From assembly GCA_964035545.1 (NCBI GenBank), contig OZ037768.1, positions 8,960,741 to 9,024,740 of the forward strand: a stretch of DNA of 64,000 nt. Reading direction: 5' to 3'. The notes under the pieces were generated by a model. The model ran no database searches and was not told the DNA's origin. It saw only the letters and a list, made by a program, of their open reading frames with translations. This document shows, in pieces, positions 22,385 to 35,088 of this stretch. The translations under genes were made by a program, and so were the position numbers. The DNA comes from Bugula neritina. Its lineage: Eukaryota; Animalia; Bryozoa. Every line of letters begins with the position of its first letter. Positions within the stretch are counted from its first letter, which is position 1.

Positions 22385-23029
22385 ATCAGGTTGGATTTTG
22401 ATATTTTCTATTGATTCATTGACTTTGCACTCTCATAATAATCTACAGTTTGAATACATTTATAAAAGAACAAGTAACAAAAAAAAATTAAAGTTGAGTT
22501 GTGAGAAATAGTAATACTAAAACTAATACTAATAGTAATGTAATAGTAATACATCAAAAAAAGAAAAATATTCATGATGTGAATATTGAATTTGAGCTGA
22601 ACGGTGAACCTAAGGCTTTAATTTCATGTAAGTTTAGAATTAATTCTTGAGAAGCCAGTTAAAAGCTATGCCTGTAGCAACATTAGAACCACTACCAGTT
22701 ACACTAGATTTGCCTTTGGTATAACTGTAAGACTTAAATTTAAACTTAAACTCAGGTTAAATTAAAATCTTAAAGTTAATGTTATTCTAAATCTGAGTCT
22801 CAAACTCAAAGTGTGCATACAATTAATGAATTATAAATATATGTATATTACTAAGTAGGTATTTAACATTTTCACATAATGATAATGATTATGATAATGT
22901 GAGCTTGAAATACTCAAGTGGTGAAATTTTACTAAATGCAACACAAAAGTGATGCTTCCCCCTTACATCTACTACGAGTTTTGCCTATTCCCCTTACTTT
23001 CACTTTGGTTTCATTGATTACATTACCAA

Positions 23030-23345
23030 CTAATTTAGCGAAATATCGCTAGAAGAAACAGCACCAAGTTGGAGCAACTGTATACACGTTTGCCCGGAAT
23101 CCAAAGTCCTAACTCCAAATACTAGAGTCTTAAAGGCCTAAACTCGGTCACCTCAAACTTGGTGCTGCTACAAGCACTTTGTAATTTACGGACGTGTTTG
23201 GCCCAGGATCTTGTTTATTTGCTAAGCGATTTTGGCGGTTGGCCAAGTACGGACTATCCATTCGATGCATTGAGCCCGAAGAAATTACATTGCGCGATTC
23301 AGATTATTTCTTTTATTGTATAACCCGCTTCAGCAATCATGAGTT
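23030..23345. promoter_or_regulatory. Putative bidirectional promoter region (CYP39A1-like / MRPL18)
   Basis: Locally GC/CpG-richer island between divergent genes. Both start-codon exons begin at splice acceptors, so untranslated first exons must lie upstream. Confidence 0.45.
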
Positions 23346-24284
23346 TCAATTTGAATTTCAAGTCAACTAGAACCAAAAGGTTCAACTAATAAAACAGTGA
23401 AGTGCTTATTTTTGATTAAAATTTTGTCAAGTTATGGTTTCATCACTAATAGCTATGATCAATAAAAAACCAGACTTTTTATTGATATTATTTTTATATT
23501 GAATAATTTAAATTTTAAAATTAAAATAATTATAATTATTCATGATGATAATCATAATGATAATATTAATATTTATATTATTTAATTATAATTTAAATTA
23601 ATGTTGTTCTAATTATATTTTTAAATTTAATAATTATAATAATAATTAATTATAGTTATTTATTATAAGGATAATAAGCATAGTATTAGTACTACTATTA
23701 CAGTATTGCTATTAATATTAGTTATTACTATTAGTAATAGTAATACTAATACTAATAGTAATAGTATTACTATTAGTATTAGTATTACTATTACTATTAG
23801 GTAGGTAGGAGTCCGAGTAACACCATAACTACTAGTACTAATAGTAGTACTACTAGTACTACTACTAGTATTACATTTACTACTATTATTAGTGTTCGTA
23901 TAAATATAACTATTTAATAACTGTAAGTCAGTATGAGTATAACTATTAACTATTAAGTTTTAACTAATACTTATACTTATAGTTATAGTTATACTAATGC
24001 TAATACTAATAGTAATAGTAATTGTAATAGTTTAATGGGCAAATTTTATTTCTTTCAATTTTGAATTTATAAGCTTTTTTCTATTTATTTTCAATAGCTT
24101 AGCCTTATGAGTTATGACTGTTGGAATATGTCTAGGAATTGAAATTTATAATTTTAATTTTTCTTGCAAAAATCTTATTACTTTTACTTTTAGTGCTAAT
24201 GCATACTCATACTGATAATAGTATAGTAATATTGTATAGAATAAGAATTAGATGTGTGAAAAATATCAATAGTTTATGTTATAG

Positions 24285-27200
24285 ATGTCAAATATGATAC
24301 GGAGGCGGTTTTTCAGTGTGACTGCAAATGCATGCTATCCTTTACCTACGACAACAAAACAAGATATGAAAAAATATGGAGTATCTGAAGAATTTGTTAA
24401 TAGAAACCCAAGGTATGTAATTATTTTTTCTACTATTAAATTTATTTTGATAATAATGTTTGATATATTTTCATAACCATTTAGGGCCCACTTTCATTTA
24501 TTAAAACCAACTTCATTATAATCTTTTCTCGGCAATAAATTTGACTTAAAAAATCTTTATTTAATATTTCAGTTCAACAAAACTGAATGGAGCTCATAAT
24601 GTCAAATTGTCAAAAGTGCCAAATTGTTGGCTAATACACTCAAGTAAGCGCTGACTTTACAGCAGGGCAAGTTAAGTTCATATCTAGACAAAAAGATGTC
24701 AAGTCAATAAATGCCTTCACTCAACTACTTCAATTTTAGTTTTCTTTTGAGTGCTTGAATGAGTTACTATATATGTCTATGTAAAAGATTGCATATAATT
24801 CATAAAAAAACTGATATATAATGGTCAATAAGTATTTTTTGCAGCATTGAAATTATAGTTGATTGTTTTCATCAAAGCATTATTAGATCATTATAGTGAA
24901 ATAACTTATTTATTCAAAGGATACTTTCAAACTTAGGGCTAAATTAACCAATTATATACTCCTGAAAGTTTCAAAGACTTGCAACTATGCAATTCAAACA
25001 TGTCAAGTTGAGTCAAGTCAATTAGTTGAGGAAGTCAAATTAATGATTTTAGAAAGTTGGCTCAGTCAGCAGGCGCTTCGGCCAATGTGACTTTAACCCA
25101 GTTCTGTTGATTTCAGCTTAAATGCCCTGGCAAGTTTTGAATATATTTCAATATTGTTAATGGTTGAAAAATATTGAAATATACTAAATCTAACAGAAAC
25201 TGAGAACTTAGATATAATAGCTTGGATAAAAAATATTTGCTGATAGCATCTACAACAAATTTGTATTTATCTAATGATATGTAAAAAGAAACAAAATAAC
25301 TACCATAATTTGAAATATTACTTTATTACGATAACTTTTATATTTACACAATGATGAAATTAGTTTGTTGTTTATTTTTTATCTCGTGTTATTTAAACTT
25401 AATTTAAGCATTGTGCAGTTGTTTGAAAAGTTACTTACAATTCAAAAAGCAATATGCCAGTTTATTTCAGGTTTTGATTATGTAAATTTTCAAGTTTTGC
25501 AATAGTAAATTAAAAGGGTGTGACTAAAATGGGTGGCCACCCGGTGTCGCGGTCCTGGACACCCATTTTAGTCATTTGGGGGGATTTTGACTAAAATTGG
25601 TGTCGTGAAGATTTTTAGTTTTATTTTCACATTTTGTGAACATTTTTGTTTGTTATTATTGCTCTCAATATTTTTACTAGTTTAAAGTGGGTGTGACTAA
25701 AATGGGTGGCCACCCGCTGTCGCGGTCCGTGACACTCATTTTAGTCATAAGGGGGGGGTTTTGACTAAAATGGGTGTCGCGAACAATTTTCGTTTTATTT
25801 TCATATTTTTAGACAGCTGTGACTGTTAAGATTATTGTTAAATAAATCTTCAGTGAATAATGAACATTTCAAAATCGTTTAAACCAAAAACATGAATAAA
25901 TTAAATTAATTTTAACAAAAAACAAACTTATCAAGAGTTATCTTTCCTCATCAAAAATTTAATTTTCACTTAATTTTACTGTTATCGTTATGATCATAGA
26001 CATGCTAACTTATGAAACATATACTTTGAACTAGTAAAAATACTGAGAGCAATATTAACAAAAACAATGTTCACAAAATGTGAAAATAAAACTAAAAATA
26101 TTCGCGACACCCATTTTAGTCCAGAATGACTAAAATGGGTGTCACAAGATTTTTTTATTTGCATTTAGCATTGAGGATAGATATAATTTTACACTTGACA
26201 TCATTAAACTGCTTTTGCATTTTTGCACCAACTTGGCAAATTAAAAAGCTACGAAACTGCGTCATAGGATAAATAAGATTAAAATCATTGTGAAAACCTT
26301 TGGGGTCAAAAACTAGGGGGTGTCGCGAAGAATTCAATGCATGTATTTTAATTTAATTTCATAGTTATTTTTCAGTTTCTAGACATGCTGACTAATAAAC
26401 CATATAATTTAAACTATTAAAAACACTGTGAGCAATATTAACAAACAAAAATGTCTAAAAAATGTGAAAATAAAACTAAAAATCTTCACGACACCCATTT
26501 TAGTAAAAACACCCACGAATGACTAAAATGGGTGTCACGGTGTTTTTGCTTTAATTTTAGCTTTCTGGGCGGTTTTGGATACTATAAATTATGTCATGTT
26601 AAAAATTTTACTTGCTTTTACTAATCAAAATTATTAAAATTTTTAATACTTACAAATATTAGAAAAAAATCATAAAAACAAAACTAAGAACTAAGGGAAG
26701 ATAACTCTAGGAGGTGTCACTGATAGTTTCGGTTTTTATTATATTTTATTATTATTGTAAATTATTATTTAATACTACCGTCATTTAGAGTGAAACAGTT
26801 ATTATATATTAGAGTTTTTTTAAAGTTTTGATCAACAACCAATTTGGAACAAGAATTGTCAAAAAGCTAAAAAATAAAGCAAAAATCACCGTGACACCCA
26901 TTTTAGTCATTCGTGGGTGTTTTTACTAAAATGGGTGTCGTGAAGATTTGTACTTTTATTTTCACATTTTTTAGACATTTTTGTTTGTTTATATTGCTCA
27001 CAGTGTTTTTAATAGTTTAAATTATATGTTTCATAAGTTAACATGTCTATGATCATAACGATAACAGTAAAATTAGGTGAAAATTCAATTTTTGATGAAG
27101 AAAGATAACTCTTGATAAGTTCTATTTTCGTCATAATTATTTCAATTTTGTCATTATTTATTTATGTTTTTTAGTTTAAATGATTGTGAGATGTTCATTA

Positions 27201-30118
27201 TTTATTGAAGAATAGTTTAAAAATGATTTCAATGGTTACAACTGTCTAAAAATGTGAACATAAAACGGAAATTGTTCGTGACACCCATTTTAGTCATAAG
27301 GGGGGATTTTGACTAAAATGGGTGTCACGGCCCGCGACACCGGGTGGCCACCCATTTTAGTCACACCCGTTTAAAGTATATTATGGTTCATTAGTCAGCA
27401 TGTCTAGAAACTGAAAAATAACTATGAAATTAAGTTAAAATACATGTATTGAATTCTTCGCGACACCCCCTAGTTTTTGACCCCAAGGGTTTTCACAATG
27501 ACTTTAATCTTATTTATTCTTATGTCGCAGTTTCGTAACTTTTTAATTAGCTAAGTTGGTGTAAAAATGCAAAAGCAGTTTAATGATGTCAATTGTAAAG
27601 TTATATCTGTCCTCAATGCTAAATGCAAATTAAAAATTCTTGTGACGCCCATTTTAGTCATTCTGGGTTATTGTAACTAAAATGGGTGTCGCGAAAATAT
27701 TTAATTTTCTTTTAAACTTTGTGAACATTTTTGTTTTTCCAATATTACTCCCAGCATTTTTACTAGTTTAAAGTATATGTTTTATAAGTCGGCATGTCTA
27801 TGATCATAACAATAACAATAAAATTAAGTGAAAATTAAATTTTCGATGAGGAAAGATAACTCTCAACGAGTTTAGTTTTTGTTATAATTATTTCAATTTT
27901 ATCATTATTTATTTACATTTTTTGGTTTAAACGATTGTGAAATGTTCATTATTCACTGAAGATTTATTTAACAATAATTTTAACAGTCACAATTGTCTAA
28001 AAATTTGAAAATAAAACGAAAATTGTTCGCGACACCTATTTTAGTCAAAACCTCCCTTATAACAAAAATGGGTGTCACGGACCGCGACACCGGGTGGCCA
28101 CCCATTTTAGTCACACCCAAATTAAAATGGCCAGGTTTCACTCAACTTGAAAATTCTCAAATGTTTAGGGTCAAGTCACTGGGACTTAAACTTACTTTAC
28201 GCATTTGCTGTTTACTCTAGCACCCGACTTAACAGTATAGTCATTATTCTAATTCACCATTTATAATTAATTTCAAAAGTTTAGGCCCAAGTTATTATTT
28301 TTTTCATGCTTATGTTAGAAATCTAGAAATGCTGGGGATAGCTCACAAACGAAGAGGATGGAAGTTCCAAGCACCTCGTAAAGATTTTTATCATGAGTAA
28401 GCTAGACCTTTGATGTTTTGTTACTTTCATAAATACTTGTATATTTTATGTTTCACATTATAATATATTTGTATAAACATTCTAGCAGATGCTAAGCAGT
28501 AGGAACAGCTAGCAGGTATCACAAGGTGTCAAACAACGTTACATTAATAAGATTTATCAGCAAAAGTGTTTAAAAGCGTTTCTTTTATTTAAATTAAATT
28601 ACAAATTAGTTTAGAGTAATAGCAATAGTGCTCTGTATATATTGACAAATTTATCGATAAATTTTACAAGCTAAATGTAATCATGTATACACTTGAAAAA
28701 TAAAATCAAATAACTTCTGTATAACATGTATTGCCGTTTGTTAAACAACTTGATATTTTGTACAATTCAAGACTCACACTGTACCGAGAAGGCCAACACA
28801 CTGTTGCTAAACTTATACACTCTTCTGGAAAGTGCATAGTCAGTGCCAGCACAAAAGAATCTGCCATTTCTCAACAATTACCAAGGTGAAGCCTACAATA
28901 TTTCTAATGGGTGAAATATTGATTATTTAAACATGTAACATGCATGTTGCTTAGCAGTAATATATCTACATATGCATGTTTACCATTTTATTTTACTAAA
29001 AAATTTTTTGCTGATGTTTAAAAGATTTCCGTATAAATTTACTGAAACGTCATTTATTCACACGAAATTAAGTTTTAGATAGTCATAAATCACAGCTGGT
29101 CTGCTGTTTTGTAGCACAACTGATGTTAATGCCTGCTACAATATAGGCAGAGTTATAGCTCACAGATGCCATCAAGTAGGCATAGACAGCATGATGTTCG
29201 TACCAGATGGCAGTGGAGAAGCTGTAAGTCAAACTATCAACTAGGAAAAGCAACTGCACAATTTACAAATATCATAGCAACTTATTGTCATCAGTGCTGC
29301 GATGTATTGTTTGTTTGAAATAATTGTCAGCTTTGTATGCCTGTCCAAAATATAGATGTGCATTACTGAACTGTAAACTTGCATTCTGGCTACCAACTAC
29401 TTGTAAGTAAATCCAAACCTCTAAACTCTAGGTTAATATAGGTGTTTTTGTGAGTTTCTAGTGGAGATAGAGAAACCTTTTCTTGTTATATGGTTTCTGC
29501 TACAAGAATTGGCAATATAGACTTCGCCAAGGGACATGTTAACCAATTTTACTATTTTTCTGCATTCTTCCTAATATAGTTGTCAAACTTTTAGAGTGCA
29601 TCATTCATATTTTTATGTATATCTTATTTTGGCTATGTTAGTGGCCTCTCTATCTGAGGCTGTTGAAAAACTATGTTAGTGGCCTCTTTATCTGAGGCTG
29701 TTGAAAAACTGGTAAGCTCGGTATGAAATCACGTGACCTTATGCGTGTCCACCTTTCAAATCATTTCATTACCAAGGCTTTGTTTCAATGATACTTTATA
29801 ATGCTTTCCCATTGCTCAGAATGAATGTTTCAAGCAATTGGAACGTAGTGTATATCAATGCACACCCTAATAATGCCTCTATCAACTGAACAGCATTGTT
29901 CAGGAAATTAACAAAGATTTGTATAAAAGTTGTTGAATGAGCCATAAATATATTATTTTATTACAATAGTCTTGGGTCACATTTACTATCTTGTATTTCA
30001 GGTTAAAAGATTTGAGGAAGCACTTTTAAGCAGTGGCATACAATTAGAGGAAATCGATGAAGAGCCTTATAGAGATTATGAAATAGGAACAGATTATGAT
30101 ACAACATCTCCATCTTGA
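24285..30118 (+). CDS. MRPL18: Mitochondrial ribosomal protein L18 (uL18m), ~181 aa
   Basis: Exons 24285-24412, 28319-28396, 28772-28885, 29115-29223, 30002-30118 (546 nt). Motifs FVNRNPRNLEMLGIA..RGW, VSASTKESAI, TDVNACYNIGRVIAHRC..GI and GIQLEE. Arg-rich N-terminal targeting peptide. Confidence 0.92.
25516..28118. mobile_element. Non-autonomous foldback / Mutator-like DNA transposon (outer copy)
   Basis: TIR gggtgtgactaaaatgggtggccacccggtgtcgcggtcc at both ends. 9-bp TSD aaattaaaa at 25507-25515 and 28119-28127. Repeated internal motif gacacccattttagtca. Confidence 0.92.
25689..27368. mobile_element. Nested copy of the same foldback/Mutator-like family (inner copy, 1680 bp)
   Basis: Same TIRs, with its own 9-bp TSD gtttaaagt at 25680-25688 and 27369-27377. 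Confidence 0.92.
29633..29710. repeat. 38-bp tandem duplication
   Basis: ctatgttagtggcctct(c/t)tatctgaggctgttgaaaaa, two copies. Confidence 0.85.
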
Positions 30119-30303
30119 ATTTATTTACAATAGTACAATTATATACATGTTAACTGAGCAATATATGTTCATATAAAACGTTAAAATAACAACTTAGGTA
30201 TTTGAGTAATATGAATTCTTATTTAATTAATAAAAATGTATGTATGATTTTATATATAACTCATGTTTATGACAATTAATTTAAAACAGAAATAAAAATA
30301 CTT

Positions 30304-31643
30304 TCATTTGCATTTTGTATCATTGTTATGTTCTGTATCAGCATCATGAGATAGATCATTTTGACAACCTGTACCAATGTCGATGTCATCGTCCTTTGTT
30401 TTTCTCTTAGCTTTTTTAGTTCTAGTAGTTTGAAGATAGTCCAGTTGAACACGTTTACTTCTGTGCCGCGTTACATCACTATTTTGAGGTTTATTGGATT
30501 GTTTTTGTCTTGCATTGGCACTTAGAGAGCTCATGAGTGTCCTCTGCACAAATCTTTTATTAGGTTTAGTTTCTCGTCTTTTCCTAAAATGACAAAACAG
30601 AAAGTGTTTTTATAAATTATGCTGATATACTAAGACATGCATCACTAAGAGAAAAAATACTACTAGAAAAAAGATTTTATTAGTAACATTCGCTGACAGC
30701 AATAAAAAAAACTATCAAAAGCTAATGCTCACCATCCCTGAGGCCCAATTTCTTCGGCAACAGAGGCACCTCTTTGTGCTTCAGCTAACAATTCTTCGCA
30801 TGCCTTTCTAAAACAAAGCATAGATTTTCAGTAGGGTGGCTAACGATAAAACCTGTGCTCAAGGTTAACCTCACTAAAACATTAAATAACTACACCAAAT
30901 TTACACATATTTGTAAGTGGGGGCTGGTTTTTATTAGTTGAGAAATTTACAGAAAGAATGTGAAAGTGATAAAATTGCATATCTTACCGTAGAAAGCGCT
31001 TTGAATAATTTATTCACTGGGGAGCTTTTCTAGATCTAAGTGTGACAAATTTATGAAGATGAGCTGCTTCACATTAATACATTTAAAAAAATGCTCAATT
31101 AAATTCTTTTTGAATTTCAAAAACATATTTTTTAAAAACACTACCTTGAATTGGCACTAAATGCCATGACATAATAATAATAATTTTACATACTTGACAA
31201 TTCAGGATAATTTATTTGATATTTTTTGTAATTTTGATAAGCTGCATCTTGCAAAATGAAAATAGAGACTGGTATGATTGGAGCAGCAAATATTATACAT
31301 CCTATGGTCCTATTTCACTTATTTTCTGTTTTATCAACTGTGTTTTCTCATCATTGCAACTAAATTTTAAAATATGGCTATTTTAATTTCAGGCAAGAAA
31401 TTTCATCAACAAATTGATATCGGAACATTCAATCAAGTGCACATATTTTTATTCAGGTTTTTTAAATTGACATAAATAATTTTGAAGCAGCTGAAAATAA
31501 ATTAAGGGTACTTATGCCAAAAAAAATAGCAAAAATTATGCCCAGTCAAACTAGAATGCTATATGCATCAAAGATAACAAGTAGTATATAAGGGTTAAAG
31601 CAACAAGTTTGATTACCATTTACCTGGTTAGATCGTCATCCAT
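30304..31643 (-). CDS. Homologue of human POLR1D isoform 2 (the non-RPAC2 product), ~124 aa
   Basis: Exons 31643-31624, 30807-30733, 30583-30304 (375 nt) give MDDDLTRKACEELLAEAQRGASVAEEIGPQGWKRRETKPNKRFVQRTL followed by a basic tail. This matches the family pattern RKAxEELLxEAxRG...GPxGW...NKRF. Confidence 0.82.
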
Positions 31644-32879
31644 ATTACTTTATTACTTTGCTTCCTCAAGAGCAAGATTGGCTACAAGGTTTACAAGCCC
31701 CTGTTGTAATTATCAACAGGTATACCTTTCTCTAACAAAAGAATTCAAAATTCAACAATTGTTTTCCAAGGGAGTTGTTATAAGCAAATTCTAAACATGG
31801 CAAACCCTACACAGTATTTTCAAATGAGGAGTAATGATTTTTAATTTATAACAGCAGTTTTTAATCTAAGAGTATAGAGTTGCATTTGTGCAATTTATTC
31901 AAGTAATGCTGTAGTGTTATGTTGGTTTAGATATTATTTAGCCTGCAACTTACCAACTTTATATAAAAAACAGCTAATATTTCTACACTGTTGATGTACT
32001 GTAGCTCGGCTATCAAGTGGAAGTTGTATTTCCACTCACTTTACACATCTGTACCAAAAATTGCTAAGCTAGGCTCTCCAATAATCTAGTGAAGGAGTCA
32101 GTTCCATTTTGTGGCTGTAATGAAAAAAAAAGATATCTTAAAATTTCCCGTTTTATGGTCACTACACCCTGTGACTGTTAAATTTTTGAACAAGCTTTTA
32201 TATCCAGAACAAGTTATTTTAAAACGAATTTTACGAACACATACTTATAGTCATAGGCATGTTACTACGCTATATGGCAATGTAAACACAAAGAACATCT
32301 TAAAATTACTAAATGCATAGTAATACTAATACCATTAGTATTAAATTTAGTATAACTAATACTATAACTATAAGTATCTGTATAGCCATAGCCCATAGAA
32401 TTGCTGAATGACTAGTAGTAGCTTATCCGATTCCAGAGTCAACTTGAACTAATAATATTTAATTTTATTAGTAATAGATGACTCTCACTCTGCCTTAGGG
32501 CTAGGCTTAAGCACATCTACATGATCATCAACATAACATTAATGATTAGCTAATAGTAATAGTAATACTAGATATAATAGTAACTAATATGTTATGACAG
32601 CTAATGCTATTACATTTTACTTTCATTATTAGTATTATAAGTATAACTTAAACTACTAGAAGCAGAACTAGATGTAGATCTTGATCTTCTGGTACTGGTA
32701 GGGCAGTGGTACTACTACTACTACTAGTACTAGTAGAACTACTACTAGAAGTAGAACCAGATAACTGATAAGTTAATGTCATAATGATATTCGTATTGAT
32801 ATTGAATAATTATTAAACATAATGATAATGATAAGTCATAAGATTAACTTTAAATTCAAGTCGACTATTTTACAGGAGT

Positions 32880-33630
32880 TTGCTATTACTGACCCAAACC
32901 TGCACGAATGGTTCTACAAGCAGCTCCGAGTTGGTGGTAGAAAACGATTTTAGTTGGGGGGGGTTGTAACATTCGGAGCCAATGAACTCAACCTACACAT
33001 TTTTTGACCTACGTCATGCCAGTGTGAACTTTAACCCTTTGCACCACACACTGACTTGAGTTGTAAAATGACCTTGTTTATGCGGCTTGTGCTAAATGGA
33101 ACAGATAACTCCAGATGTTCCAGACCAATTTTCCTGATTGATCTCTTTATGAAAAGTATATATAATTACATATATCAATGCTTGGAAAAATTGCGCAAAT
33201 TTTATAACGCAATGCCAAAACGTTACGTAAGGTACATTGAAGCCACAGTCATGTGCCAAGAGAAGTGGAGCTGAACTGAAAATTATAATAAAAATGGCAC
33301 AACAATTACAACTATCACTATAAAAAGCTGAAAATCAAGCTGCCATTGTATTAAAATATGTGCAGTGATACCTTATAGTTACTCGTACTAGCCTAACATC
33401 ACCAATTCTGCCATTCGGTTTCAGTGCAACTCAAACTGAAAGTGAATCTCAATCTGATAGTGTACACAGTCATACTCTGAGTATCATACTTTGATAGTGA
33501 TTCAGATTGACCATTGACGATTGTCATTCGCTTATTTTTCCGCTTCATGTTATACTTATTGTAAACACGTTGACGTGTTCACTTCAGTTCAACTGACAAC
33601 TTCATGTTTGGTACAGTTAATGCAATTATA
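32880..33630. promoter_or_regulatory. Putative bidirectional promoter region (POLR1D-isoform-2-like / MsrA)
   Basis: CpG-richer stretch between divergent genes, flanked by AT-rich quasi-repeat tracts. Confidence 0.35.
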
Positions 33631-33689
33631 AGGTAGAGTTTAACCAAAATAGTTATAAAATAAATTAAAATGTAAATAGTTATGTTTGT

Positions 33690-33850
33690 TAGTACTACTG
33701 CTGCTGCTGCTACTACTACTACTGCTGCTGCTACTAGTACTACTACTGCTGCTACTACTACTACTGATGCTACTACTAGTACTACCTACTAGTACTACTA
33801 CCACAACTACTTCTAGTACTAGTAGTAGTAGTACTACTACTACTACTAAT
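33690..33850. repeat. (CTA/CTG)n trinucleotide low-complexity tract
   Basis: Directly visible; source of the poly-Leu ORF. Confidence 0.9.
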
Positions 33851-35088
33851 ATTTATATTATTACTAATATAAAATTGAATTAAATAGTTTAAACTTGAAG
33901 TTTTAAAATTAACTTCAAGATTATCTTGAAGTTAATCTTGCAATTATTTTATACATGTATATAGTAATACTAATACTAAAAGTAAATCAAAATGTACTAC
34001 TACTAATAGTAATACAGTAGTACTGATAGTATTAAATGTTACTATTACTAATAGTAATGATAATAGTAATAGTAATACTATTAGCGAGTTATTTAACAAA
34101 CAATAGATTGGAATAGACATACTCATAGTAAATTATACTAAGTTTCAGTGGTTAAACTTCAAATTCAACATTATCAGACTAACAGTAGCCTATTTTTATC
34201 TTGCTAATACTTGAAATAGAATTAAAATAATTATGGTTGACATGTAACTATAGTAACTGTTATTGTTAATTATTTTTTATGTTTGTAAATTAATTATAGT
34301 AATTTCAAGTATATTGTTATCTATATATAATATTGATCCATGCATAAAAGTAAACTAAAACAATAGTTATAGCCTACTACTACTACCACATTCTATTACT
34401 ACTTCTAATAATACTACTGCTATTACTACTAGTACTACCACTGCCACTATTAGTAATACTACTGGTACTGTGGTAGTAGTAGTGGTGGTGGTGCAGTAGT
34501 AGAAGGCATGGCAGTAGCACTACGCTGTCATTGTTGCTTTAATTTTTATTTGCTGTCACTATCATTCTGATTGTCATTCTGTGATTGTTGTGTATGTTTA
34601 TTTAAAATTCAACAGGCGTAGCTGCTTGAAACTGAAACCAAAGATACAAAGTGAAGGTATTCTGCACTTTACAAGTATCTGCAAAGCACAGCCAAGAATA
34701 GTAGTAGTTCAAATTTGTAGTAACTTGAAGTCAATTAGCTGGAATTTGAGGTGCCTTTTATACACCAAGTCTATGGGAACGGTATGTTTTTCTGTCAAGC
34801 TCTTCATTATGACAGTTACTATGTCCTATAATCATATTATATGTCTTTAGTTAAATTAGTTATCAACCAATTTTTCGGGATGAATAAAATTTTTTCAATA
34901 TCTTTTATTGTTTAGCAATGTAATGAAAAATATTAAGCAATGCTTTGAACACCAGATCACCACTGTTCCCAGGTTTTTAGTTAATTTGCTATTGCCTACA
35001 GACAAGTGAAACCTTAAGACTATCAACAAAACCTTTGTTATACTTCAACACTCCTGTGTTCATCGTCAAATTGAAATTGTTACAGGAA

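Noticed and set aside
33686-34126. Poly-Leu/Thr ORFs resembling membrane or signal peptides
   Set aside because: Trinucleotide low-complexity DNA
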